From assembly GCA_041589615.1 (NCBI GenBank), contig JBFHVK010000002.1:1-44343 (forward strand): a stretch of 44,343 nt of DNA. The letters run 5' to 3'. Of this stretch, positions 27,885-35,952 are shown piece after piece (positions within the stretch are counted from its first letter, which is position 1; the number at the start of each line of letters is the position of its first letter). The notes under the pieces are model-generated. The model was not told the DNA's origin. It did no database searches and saw only the letters and a program-made list of their open reading frames with translations. The DNA is from Gammaproteobacteria bacterium. Its GTDB lineage: Bacteria; Pseudomonadota; Gammaproteobacteria; SZUA-229. Position numbers and translations under genes: made by a program.

Positions 27885-29492
27885 TCAAAACCGCCATCTC
27901 CCGTCAATGATGAATAGATGCGAACGCTTTCCGTTTGCGTATTGTATGGTGTTGCAGTGCTGCCAGCTTGATGGGCCTTTGTTATAGCCTAGTCGAAGCA
28001 GGCTTAGCGTTCCGTGCTGGTACTGGTCATCTTCTATTCCTGGTGAATGGCTATGACCCCACTGAGCAGGCGACCCAAGCCGCGTAAACTGGATTAGACC
28101 GCCTCTTGAGCCATTAGCGCCCATATCACCGTGGCCATCATGCGACACACCATCAACAGTATACGATTCATCACGCTTCAAGAATCTAACTGAATCATAG
28201 TTCCGCATCCATTTGCTGGCGAAATACTCGTAAGGGTCGCGACCGTCAACCATGACCGGAAATGCCTCACACCAGAGAAGACCGTTAATCACATCCTTGC
28301 GCGGGTCAGTCTCCTTTACCCATCGGTCAAAATGCTCATCGTGGTTAGAACGCTTTATTACCACCTCTGCAGCCGTCTCTTCAGCTATCCTATCGATCAG
28401 CTCATATGTAGCCTTTAGTTCGCGCTCTACCGAGTCAAGTCCTTTAGATGACAATCGGTGCATCACTACTGGGTCGCGCCTGTTGTGGTGCGATGCAGAC
28501 TGAAAATCTAATGAGTCATCAATGGTTATGGCTTTTGGCCTAAAAAACTTAGCCATGGAGTTGTGAGCGAAGAATGTGGCATTAACCGCAGCAGGGTCAT
28601 GCTGTACGCCATGAAGGTCTCCAGTAGCCAGCAATGAAGGCCGTGGTGCTTGGTACGCAACGCCCATACAATACTCTGTATCCAAATCTATGAAGTCGCC
28701 ACGGGCATCTGCCACTAACTGCCGAAGAAAGAACTTATCTCCGTCAACTTCAATCAGTGCTGCACCTAATGTGTGCCGCGCCTCACCCTTATAGCCTGCT
28801 TTACTGTCTGTGTAGTTCTCAATGGTACAAGCGCCAGTTGTGACCATTGTCTTAGGTAGCCGGTTATTCTGAGTAGCGATTGAACGCAATTGAATCTTTG
28901 CATGCCCAATGATTGCCGAGCTATCGCCTGATGCTGTTTCCAATCCTGATAGCGGCCTGACTGCAGTCGGCTGAGTCTTTAGCCTGCCGAGTATCATCAG
29001 ATTGGCATTAACTTCAAAGTCATCTTCACATAGATACGGTCTTACCTTCTCGTCCCAGTAATCATGCGGGCGCTCTACGAAAGTCGATGTAGGGTTTTTG
29101 TATCTGAATGGTATAGCAAGGAGCTTTGCGCCCATAGTCTCGCAGGCGCATAGCAGGTTATTGAAGAATCGTTCGTGAACTGGTGTGTCGTTTTGTGCTG
29201 ATGTGACTATCATCGTGAACCGCCTTTGCTTTAGGAATCGCTGATAGTCTCTAGAAAGGTCTGTTATTTTGTCCTGGATGCTTGCGCTTTCTGGCTTGGC
29301 CTGAGCTTTACTTTCCGAACCTATATTGGCCTTCTTTCGAATGTACTTAACATGGTCTGTAATCGTTCCGAATGACTTGCCAAGCTCCTCAGCTATACCC
29401 TTCTGTGACTTACCTTCCCGCAGCATCTCCAACACTTCGCGCTGCTTATCAGTAAGGTCTAGCGAGTCCAGTGCATTGTCGTTCCAGTTCAT
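27885..29492 (-). CDS. Fusion protein: LuxR/sigma70-region-4-type HTH, an unknown middle domain, and a calcineurin-like metallophosphoesterase.
   Basis: The HTH reads LTDKQREVLEMLREGKSQKGIAEELGKSFGTITDHVKYIRKKA. The phosphoesterase motifs are GDLHG, SNHDEH, DGHGD and GHSHSPG. Confidence 0.7.
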   Translation of the reverse strand: MNWNDNALDSLDLTDKQREVLEMLREGKSQKGIAEELGKSFGTITDHVKYIRKKANIGSESKAQAKPESASIQDKITDLSRDYQRFLKQRRFTMIVTSAQNDTPVHERFFNNLLCACETMGAKLLAIPFRYKNPTSTFVERPHDYWDEKVRPYLCEDDFEVNANLMILGRLKTQPTAVRPLSGLETASGDSSAIIGHAKIQLRSIATQNNRLPKTMVTTGACTIENYTDSKAGYKGEARHTLGAALIEVDGDKFFLRQLVADARGDFIDLDTEYCMGVAYQAPRPSLLATGDLHGVQHDPAAVNATFFAHNSMAKFFRPKAITIDDSLDFQSASHHNRRDPVVMHRLSSKGLDSVERELKATYELIDRIAEETAAEVVIKRSNHDEHFDRWVKETDPRKDVINGLLWCEAFPVMVDGRDPYEYFASKWMRNYDSVRFLKRDESYTVDGVSHDGHGDMGANGSRGGLIQFTRLGSPAQWGHSHSPGIEDDQYQHGTLSLLRLGYNKGPSSWQHCNTIQYANGKRSHLFIIDGRWRF

Positions 29493-29875
29493 TTGCGTTT
29501 CTCCAGCAATTCTGGGTTTTGGTAGATGTTGCCGGTAACCACAAGGCTGTACGAATCAACATAATCTTGACTAATTACAGGGCCATCAGGAATATCGATA
29601 ACGAAAGCGGAAATAGTGTTGCTCCACACAACCTGTGCGCCATGCTCTGTCTTAGCGCCCCTTGCCGTCAACCAATCACCTTCATAAACTTCAACGCCAT
29701 AGCTGTCACTAACGTAAGTGTATTGTCGGCGATGCTTCAGAACAAACTTCTTAAGCATAGGCATGTCTGCTAAATCTTCAAAGTGCTCGCCATTCTCCAT
29801 CTGATCAAGCGTGTAGCGTAATTCCATCCATCTTTTGCCATCAGACCACATACAGCCAAACTTAATCTCTCTCAT
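29489..29875 (-). CDS. YopX family protein.
   Basis: The C-terminal signature VTGNIYQNPELLE is present. Confidence 0.7.
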   Translation of the reverse strand: MREIKFGCMWSDGKRWMELRYTLDQMENGEHFEDLADMPMLKKFVLKHRRQYTYVSDSYGVEVYEGDWLTARGAKTEHGAQVVWSNTISAFVIDIPDGPVISQDYVDSYSLVVTGNIYQNPELLEKRK

Positions 29876-29886
29876 TTAAGTTACTC

Positions 29887-30267
29887 CTACTCTAATTCAA
29901 GGTGCCATGGTTTGTAATATCCAATTATTTTACCGTCATTCTCAACCGTATACTTGTTTGACTCCTCATCATGACCGGTGATGATGCCGACCTTTCCAAT
30001 GTATGGGCTATCACATTTGGTAATTGCTACCTTAACGCCATTTAATTTGCATTCAGATTTGGTCATCTGAACAATCCGAGTCTGAGCAGAGCAGATAACA
30101 TAGTCGCCATTGGCAAGCTCTAAAACTTCTCGGTCGTGATTGTTAATCATGTTGCTCGTCTGCGCTGCCGATACTCCGGCATCATCGTAATTGGCGTCTA
30201 CGATGGCAGAGGCAAGCTCTATGTTGCTATTTTTGAAAAAGCGTTCTCTGAGTTGCTTTAGTTTCAT
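29887..30267 (-). CDS. Hypothetical protein.
   Basis: The ORF has a coupled stop/start with its neighbour. I recognise no family. Confidence 0.5.
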   Translation of the reverse strand: MKLKQLRERFFKNSNIELASAIVDANYDDAGVSAAQTSNMINNHDREVLELANGDYVICSAQTRIVQMTKSECKLNGVKVAITKCDSPYIGKVGIITGHDEESNKYTVENDGKIIGYYKPWHLELE

Positions 30268-30524
30268 TCTTGCACCTCATTCCTTTTGTTTATTAGGCTC
30301 TTAATGTACACGCTGTTTATGTTATATCTCTTACTGCTTCCACCTATCATGCATAAGCCTGTGGAAGGCCAGTAATTAACAGTCTTTCCATCCGCTCTCA
30401 TTCGCCAATGATATTTCGTTACCTTCTCCCAGCCATCAGGGTTTGCGCTATCTAACCGATCCTTTTTAACAGCCTTTTTGTGCTCAGTCATTGCCCTGAA
30501 TATTTCACTCATGTCACCCATCAT
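30264..30524 (-). CDS. Hypothetical protein (86 aa).
   Basis: The start is moved to ATG 30524 (MMGDMSEIF), preceded by GGAG and overlapping the upstream TGA as ATGA. The Arg-rich track extension looks non-coding. Confidence 0.5.
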   Translation of the reverse strand: MMGDMSEIFRAMTEHKKAVKKDRLDSANPDGWEKVTKYHWRMRADGKTVNYWPSTGLCMIGGSSKRYNINSVYIKSLINKRNEVQE

Positions 30525-31120
30525 TCTATCTCCACTGCTTGTGCGTCTGCCTTGGCTTGGGCGTGTTCTCGTTTTAGGAAGACGTTGCCTGCTTTTAGGC
30601 GCATAAAGTCGAATTCTGTTCCGCGCCATATTGTTGGAATAAGTTCACCATCAATGTTTGCGAATGTATATTCATCACCATTCTCCGGCGCTTTCGTCTC
30701 TGGCATCGGGTATGTGGCTGTTTTGGTGCGGAGTGGTACGCGGCGGTAAACAATCTCGTAGCTAATATATGAGTCATCAGAGCAAATACTTAAGCTGTTG
30801 TCAGTGTCATTAAGATACACATGGCAGCCGTCAGCGTCATAAAGTTTGGCACCGTCTAATAATTCTTTTATAGGCTGTTCTACTGATGTGAACCCGCAAT
30901 TCACCAACTCATACTCCGGCTCAGGATCTTTGTTCAGGCAGGCGGCGTAGACTACAAATGTTGCTTTAGCAGTCGTGGTTTCGTGATCTATATTATTCAG
31001 AAAGTCATAAACGTCACCAACTACCTGAACTTTCCCATCAGGCCCAATAACAACATCGCTAGAAATTAGCAGATGCCCCGCTTCCAAAAACTCTTTAACT
31101 GTTCCGTGATATTTGTTCAT
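30521..31120 (-). CDS. Hypothetical protein (199 aa).
   Basis: A long ORF in the operon frame. I recognise no family. Confidence 0.55.
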   Translation of the reverse strand: MNKYHGTVKEFLEAGHLLISSDVVIGPDGKVQVVGDVYDFLNNIDHETTTAKATFVVYAACLNKDPEPEYELVNCGFTSVEQPIKELLDGAKLYDADGCHVYLNDTDNSLSICSDDSYISYEIVYRRVPLRTKTATYPMPETKAPENGDEYTFANIDGELIPTIWRGTEFDFMRLKAGNVFLKREHAQAKADAQAVEIE

Positions 31121-31131
31121 CTTTTGCTCTC

Positions 31132-31293
31132 CTATTCAACACAAACCGTGCGCTTACCATTCAATGACTCAACCGATACCAGCATGGTTTTATCGGTGCC
31201 AACTCGCCGTACTACTGCTGCCGCGTATCCGATTGTAACTACCTCTACAACGTACATCGGTCTTAGCTCAATCCAGTCGCCTATGTTTTTCAT
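31132..31293 (-). CDS. Hypothetical small protein (53 aa).
   Basis: AGGAG lies 8 nt before ATG 31293 (MKNIGDW). Confidence 0.45.
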   Translation of the reverse strand: MKNIGDWIELRPMYVVEVVTIGYAAAVVRRVGTDKTMLVSVESLNGKRTVCVE

Positions 31294-31432
31294 TTTGTGC
31301 ACTCCTCTTGAAAACCTGAATAAAGTCAGAAACATTAGTTCCGCATTTACACATCAACCAAGGCTTGTTCATTTTTGCCATGTGGTATGCCAAGTGCGAG
31401 ATTTTCTTACCGCATACTTGGCATTCATACAT
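31268..31432 (-). CDS. Small zinc-finger protein.
   Basis: ATG at 31432 gives MYECQVCGKK...CKCG, with a CxxC...CxC pattern. Confidence 0.45.
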   Translation of the reverse strand: MYECQVCGKKISHLAYHMAKMNKPWLMCKCGTNVSDFIQVFKRSAQNEKHRRLD

Positions 31433-31436
31433 TGAA

Positions 31437-31592
31437 TTAATAACCAAATTTAGCAATCCACTTCTCAGCTGATTTGATTGTCTTAAAGTCTTTTGATGCT
31501 GAGAATGTCATTGCGCAATAAGAACCATCTTCACGCTGAAAAATACCTACTGTACGATTGCCTTCTTGCTCAAAAACTTTGATTGCTTTCAT
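31437..31592 (-). CDS. Hypothetical small protein (51 aa).
   Basis: GGAG lies 8 nt before the ATG. The product reads MKAIKVFEQEGNRTVGIFQREDGSYCAMTF... It is below the ORF-track cutoff. Confidence 0.45.
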   Translation of the reverse strand: MKAIKVFEQEGNRTVGIFQREDGSYCAMTFSASKDFKTIKSAEKWIAKFGY

Positions 31593-31625
31593 TTCGTTTG
31601 CTCCGTTTCCTTAGTTGATGTAATC

Positions 31626-31653
31626 ATTATAATCATTCTATTTAGGCTTGCAA
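31626..31653 (-). promoter_or_regulatory. Sigma70-like internal promoter: TTGCAA, 16-nt spacer, TATAAT.
   Basis: The minus strand reads cacTTGCAAgcctaaatagaatgatTATAATgatt, downstream of the primase gene. Confidence 0.55.
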
Positions 31654-31671
31654 GTGTTTTGTTTAAATTAA

Positions 31672-32601
31672 TTAATTATTTTTCAGCTCCCATTCGTAGA
31701 CCTTGCACCCGTTCTGCAGCATGTCGTTAAAGTCTGGAAATTCAGGCCATCTAATCAGCACCCGCTGCACATCGTTATTACTAAGCAGGTTTGCGCGGCC
31801 GCATGCGAATGCTGCAGCTAGGCCAGTCCCGTTGCTATCGTTATCAGCGAATATCAGCAGTGTATCAACTCCGGCAGGCGCTCGAAACTTCTTCATTATG
31901 GTCGCGTTAAGTGTTGACCATACTGGCGCTTTGTACATCTGGTGGGCGCTTAGTGCTGTCTCAATACCCTCTGCGATGCCTAGCGTTGATTTCTGCTCGA
32001 ACAATTTAACCGCGACCGAGCCTTGATAATCCTGCAGGCTAAGCATTTTTTTAGGCTGAGGCACGCCTGCCTTCCTATCGCCGTCAAGGTACGTTAAATG
32101 CCTTTGTATGGCCTCGTGGTAGTCGTTCGATGCTATGGCGAACATTGCGGCACGGCTGCCTTCGATGTCGCTGTTGTACTCCTTAGGGCTGTATTTAACG
32201 CCGCCAGTTGGCATAACGAATATACCGCGACTGTTCAGGTACTCTTCGGCTGGTGTTCCTTCAATCCGGCCAATACTTCGGAACCTTGATACGGCCTGCG
32301 CTAGTCGGTCGTTTACTACTGGCTCCGTTTGCTGGTGGTGGTACTCGTTGCCGAATGCCTGGTCTATCTCTTTGGCCAGCGTTTTAAAATCCTTGCCGGT
32401 AACCTCAGTTAATAGCTTCCAGCCTGTTCCCGCACCGCAACGACAAATCCAGTCACCGTTATTGGTCTTGTTGTCTATGCGGAATTTCTTCTTTCCGCCG
32501 CATATCGGGCAATCTATATGCTTCAATCCTGTATGGCCAGGCAGGCCGTAGTATTCGTAAATCTGATTCCACTTGCCCAATACGAAATCCGTAGTCTTCA
32601 T
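31672..32601 (-). CDS. DNA primase (P4-alpha-type Zn-ribbon plus Toprim domain).
   Basis: CPICGGKKKFRIDNKTNNGDWICRCG forms the zinc ribbon. The C-terminal Toprim-like acidic motifs are GIAEGIETALS and IFADNDSNG. Confidence 0.75.
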   Translation of the reverse strand: MKTTDFVLGKWNQIYEYYGLPGHTGLKHIDCPICGGKKKFRIDNKTNNGDWICRCGAGTGWKLLTEVTGKDFKTLAKEIDQAFGNEYHHQQTEPVVNDRLAQAVSRFRSIGRIEGTPAEEYLNSRGIFVMPTGGVKYSPKEYNSDIEGSRAAMFAIASNDYHEAIQRHLTYLDGDRKAGVPQPKKMLSLQDYQGSVAVKLFEQKSTLGIAEGIETALSAHQMYKAPVWSTLNATIMKKFRAPAGVDTLLIFADNDSNGTGLAAAFACGRANLLSNNDVQRVLIRWPEFPDFNDMLQNGCKVYEWELKNN

Positions 32602-34160
32602 TTCAGCATCTCCCGCAAGTCTTTAATTGTTTTTATGTTCGCCTCTCTATCAGCCGGCTTAGATCGGCGCTTAGCATTGCGAATGCTCTGCGATTTAATC
32701 CAGTTTTTGAACTCCATGGATGGCGGCATTGGTGATGGGTGCAGGCCGTTTGGCCATTCCCCGAACTTGGCTTTGAATTTGTGGTTATAGAACCCGTCCT
32801 TATACGCCTTTCCTTTCGCCGCATTCTCTCGCTTCAGGCCCATAAGCATGCTGTAAAACTGCTGTTTGTCTTCTCGTGTCGGCCCTTCTAGTTCGCTAAT
32901 CTTCTTGCTTAGCTTCTCAATCTGTCGCGTTTCATCTGTTTCAACGTCTTCACCGCCCAGTGGCTTGAACCCGCATTTAGGGCACACCGGCTCGCCATGC
33001 TGTTTCATGTGCTTGCACTTAGGGCATTCCTTCGGCAGTTTTTCAAGTCGCTCAACCTCTTTCTTTAGGCGCTCAACTTGGTCTAATCCGTCATTCTCAT
33101 TAAGCAACTCATCGTATTCAATTTCATCTGGAAAGCCCAATCGGTGAACCGTTCCTGAATGATCGAATATTAAGCAGCTTTCTTTCCCATCTGCAGAACG
33201 TAGACCGCGGCCCAAGCACTGTATCCAGCGCATCTCTGATTTGGTTGGTCGTGCGTAAATAATGCAGCGCACATCAGCATCGAACCCAGCCACCAGCGTT
33301 CCCACATTACACAAAATCTTTGTCACGCCCATACTGAACCGACTGAATATAGCCTGCCGCTCTTCAAATGGAGTCTTAGCCGTGATTACTTCGCAGCTTA
33401 CGCCAGCATTATTGAATCCGTTTGTCGTGTGGTTTGCATGTGCCACATTGACACAAAAACAGATGGTTGGCAGGTCGCGCCCGTTAGCAAGCCAGTTTTC
33501 AACGATATTACCGACAATCTTAGCGCCCTGCATTATCTCGGCGACTTCTTCCTCTTTGTAATCAACGCCCCATGCGCTTGACCTGCTGGTTTTTACGTTG
33601 CTTAGGTCGGGCTTCATAGGTGCATAAAACTCATAGTCGGACAAATAGCCTTGGTCAATCAGTTCGCGCATAGTCACCGGCTTAATAAACGATTCGTAAT
33701 ATTTGCCCATCCATGGCGAAAAAGGCGTACCGCTCAAGCCAATGACAGGAAAGTCTGAGTTCTCGATAATCTCAAGCAGCTTAACCCTGCGAATGTGACT
33801 CTCGTCAATAATCATCAATCCGATATTATCTGGAAGGTCGCGCCGGATAAGTGTGTCTGCGCTGGCAATCTGAATGGCCGCTGATGGGTCGTAGTCAGGA
33901 TGGTCGCGCCAGATGATGCCTGCTTTGGGTAGCCCGTATTTCTGGAACCGCTCAGCCGTCTGAGAAACAAGTACGGTATAAGGTACAACGAACACAACCT
34001 TATTATCTGGCCTTGCCATGGCTGCAGCCAAATAGGTTGCTATCTCTGTTTTGCCCATTCCAACTGGGCCTTGTATCTGGTGGGTTCGGTTCTGCCTCCA
34101 TAATTCACGAAGCATGGTAACGGCTTTCTGCTGGTGCGGTCGTAACTGTTCAAATTCCAT
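32598..34160 (-). CDS. SF2 (DEAH-type) DNA helicase with a C-terminal zinc ribbon.
   Basis: Walker A GPVGMGKTE, DEAH box IIDESH, helicase-C region, and CPKCKHMKQHGEPVCPKCG. Confidence 0.8.
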   Translation of the reverse strand: MEFEQLRPHQQKAVTMLRELWRQNRTHQIQGPVGMGKTEIATYLAAAMARPDNKVVFVVPYTVLVSQTAERFQKYGLPKAGIIWRDHPDYDPSAAIQIASADTLIRRDLPDNIGLMIIDESHIRRVKLLEIIENSDFPVIGLSGTPFSPWMGKYYESFIKPVTMRELIDQGYLSDYEFYAPMKPDLSNVKTSRSSAWGVDYKEEEVAEIMQGAKIVGNIVENWLANGRDLPTICFCVNVAHANHTTNGFNNAGVSCEVITAKTPFEERQAIFSRFSMGVTKILCNVGTLVAGFDADVRCIIYARPTKSEMRWIQCLGRGLRSADGKESCLIFDHSGTVHRLGFPDEIEYDELLNENDGLDQVERLKKEVERLEKLPKECPKCKHMKQHGEPVCPKCGFKPLGGEDVETDETRQIEKLSKKISELEGPTREDKQQFYSMLMGLKRENAAKGKAYKDGFYNHKFKAKFGEWPNGLHPSPMPPSMEFKNWIKSQSIRNAKRRSKPADREANIKTIKDLREMLK

Positions 34161-34198
34161 ATTACCCCCTTTGCATGATGCAACTTTGTGGAGTTAGT

Positions 34199-34450
34199 TT
34201 AGATTGTAGGTGGTGCCGAAAACTTGTTCTGTAGGTTTCTAATCGCAGCTCTAAGGCGTTTATTGCATTCTGCCCGTGCTACCCCGTCCCGTTTGTGCGG
34301 CGGCTCTGTAGCGTGCCAGATTTCGCTGTACGTTGTCGAGTATTTCACTGCTAATGAAGAGGCGTAATTGAACCCGCCTAGCCGCTGCAGTGTGTCGAAT
34401 TGCTCCGTTAGCCAGCGGGTGTCGCCTTTGTGGTGTAATTCTGGTGTCAT
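34199..34450 (-). CDS. Hypothetical protein (83 aa).
   Basis: It abuts the stop of the upstream gene (34451), which suggests coupling. Confidence 0.45.
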   Translation of the reverse strand: MTPELHHKGDTRWLTEQFDTLQRLGGFNYASSLAVKYSTTYSEIWHATEPPHKRDGVARAECNKRLRAAIRNLQNKFSAPPTI

Positions 34451-35314
34451 CTACTGCGCCTCGCACGACTGGCCGCAATCAAACTCAATGTCTAACGGGT
34501 CAATCTCGTTGATAAAGCTATATTGCTGCTCAGGCGGGTGCGGTATAAATTCATTGAATGGCTCTGATGACCTGGCAATTATATCAGCGGCGCTTTGGTA
34601 CCGCATAAAGAAAACGCGCTCCTGATCACCGGCACCACAATTCGGATATAACCGCTCCATTCTATCGAAAAACTCGAACCTCTCGGGCTCGTGCTTTGCG
34701 ATGGTCATGAGTTTGCGATCTGATTTTTTCCAGCATGTCACGCAGTTACCCATGTGCTCAGGTATTTCTAGCTTGAATGGCTGACTCTGCCACCAGTAGT
34801 AAATATCGCCTTTAGTTGTTGGATGCCATGATATTAGCGGATAGACGCATTTCGGATCAGAAGTCATCCTATCTATCTCATCAGACCGAATACCAATGCA
34901 GCGCGGGTGCTTTCGCTTAAACCCTATGCTGTGCATGTAGTGCTCCATTGTCGCAATCTTTAGCTCTCGGTTACAGTGCGGATAGTCAACGTTAGGTATG
35001 CCATAAACCTTAATCATTTCTTCAAACGGCTCGCCATTCCTTGATGCTGTTTCGAAGCTGACAACTTTGTGGCCCGTTCCCTTGCCTCGCTCTGGATTTA
35101 TTACGGCCTCAAGCCAAACCAAGTCAAGCCCAAAAGCGCTATCGCACTGATCAACGAACTCGAGTGTCTTTTCATGCTCCTGACCAGTGTTAGCAAATAG
35201 AAACTTAAGGTCGTACTTGCCTGATACGTTATCGATTAGCCATTTGCACATGTAGCCACTTGTTGCTCCGCCAGAGAACGAAACAAACAAAACCGGCTTG
35301 CCCTTTTTGCTCAT
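34451..35314 (-). CDS. PP-loop ATPase / PAPS-reductase-family protein.
   Basis: PP-loop motif FVSFSGGATSGYM at the N-terminus and a CxxC (CVTCWKK) in the C-terminal part. It is the first gene after the promoter. Confidence 0.7.
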   Translation of the reverse strand: MSKKGKPVLFVSFSGGATSGYMCKWLIDNVSGKYDLKFLFANTGQEHEKTLEFVDQCDSAFGLDLVWLEAVINPERGKGTGHKVVSFETASRNGEPFEEMIKVYGIPNVDYPHCNRELKIATMEHYMHSIGFKRKHPRCIGIRSDEIDRMTSDPKCVYPLISWHPTTKGDIYYWWQSQPFKLEIPEHMGNCVTCWKKSDRKLMTIAKHEPERFEFFDRMERLYPNCGAGDQERVFFMRYQSAADIIARSSEPFNEFIPHPPEQQYSFINEIDPLDIEFDCGQSCEAQ

Positions 35315-35363
35315 GCGTATTACTCCTAAGTTGTATTAATTACTAAGTTATATTTATTACTTA

Positions 35364-35391
35364 ACTATAACCATCTTACTGGTTAAGTGAA
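35364..35391 (-). promoter_or_regulatory. Candidate promoter of the helicase/primase operon: TTCACT, 16-nt spacer, TATAGT.
   Basis: The minus strand reads gTTCACTtaaccagtaagatggtTATAGTtaag. The core GGTTATAGTTAA is nearly repeated at 36743-36754. Confidence 0.5.
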
Positions 35392-35399
35392 CTTTTCCA

Positions 35400-35856
35400 G
35401 GTAAAGTACCCCAAGGGGCCATTGCTAGAAGCAAATCGAACTTTACCCGCGCCTTGTTCAGTCGGCGGTAAGGTCTTGACCATCATCACAATTAAGCCAA
35501 GTTGCAATCATTCCTCGTTGTGACGAGTCCAGCCCCTTTAATTGCTTTCGTACTCAGTTGACGCGTGGGCGTATCTTCTACGTCTCTCAATACAGACCGG
35601 TGAGTGAGGCCGCCTCCGGCCCGACATATCTCTTCTGTATCCAGCTGCATAACCTGTTCGGAGAAGGTTATTTAAGGCGCTCTGACTTTGCCAGCTAGCA
35701 GTGGCGGGATTTAGCACGTAGATTTGAAATGAAATTTGATGCCTCGTCCCAGTATGTCCCAAGTAAGTTGCGGCAGGCCAAATTCAGGAGTGAAATCAAG
35801 AATCGGGACAAGGTGGCTTTTCGAAGGTCGGGGAGCTAACCCAGTTATCTAGCCGC
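35400..35856. ncRNA. Candidate structured RNA / regulatory region A. It is ORF-free and hairpin-dense, and its strand is undetermined.
   Basis: There is no credible ORF. Helices: 35400-35407/35440-35447 (8 bp, enclosing two small hairpins), 35590-35596/35634-35640 (7 bp, enclosing the GC hairpin 35608-35612/35617-35621), 35649-35655/35665-35671 (7 bp), and long-range 35770-35774/35852-35856. Confidence 0.35.
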
Positions 35857-35857
35857 T

Positions 35858-35910
35858 TAAGTAATAGTGTACCAACGTTGGCAGCAAAATCAATAGCTAT
35901 CTATTACTTA
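35858..35910. promoter_or_regulatory. Operator-like perfect 10-bp inverted repeat TAAGTAATAG ... CTATTACTTA, flanking the palindrome CCAACGTTGG.
   Basis: 35858-35867 is the reverse complement of 35901-35910. The palindrome lies at 35872-35881. The right arm ends 6 nt upstream of the TATAAT -10 hexamer (35917-35922) of the HTH gene promoter. Confidence 0.5.
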
Positions 35911-35914
35911 TTTC

Positions 35915-35922
35915 TGTATAAT
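35915..35922 (+). promoter_or_regulatory. Extended -10 promoter (TGtATAAT) of the HTH gene.
   Basis: The sequence reads tttcTGTATAATtgtaac, about 30 nt upstream of the start codon. Confidence 0.5.
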
Positions 35923-35952
35923 TGTAACAAACAAACAAACATGGAGAATATT

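Noticed and set aside
27806-27910. 34-aa + strand ORF (MAILNIELIAESIARMQGITIIIIYNLKTAISRQ) after the terminator hairpin.
   Set aside because: It has no RBS and overlaps the 3' end of the 535-aa gene. It is probably a chance ORF in an AT-rich spacer.
30480-30777. ORFs 30480..30749(+) and 30595..30777(-).
   Set aside because: They are nested within 30521..31120 and have no translation signals.
35400-35447. tRNA/tmRNA-like element (gttcgatt on the minus strand, three-way junction).
   Set aside because: It is only 48 nt long, has no acceptor/T-arm geometry and has no CCA-proximal features. I recognised no tRNA anywhere in the window.
35478-35697. Start-less open frame on the + strand (..TRGRIFYVSQYRP..YLFCIQLHNLFGEG..), considered as a decayed HigB/RelE toxin upstream of the HigA-like gene.
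   Set aside because: It has no start codon or RBS. The resemblance is limited to an RIFY-type tetrapeptide, and the rest is not toxin-like. It cannot be supported without a profile search.
35538-35762. 74-aa minus-strand ORF in region A.
   Set aside because: It is Arg-rich with an improbable composition (..RRDMSGRRRPHSPVCIERRRRYAH..). It has no RBS and is not coupled to anything.
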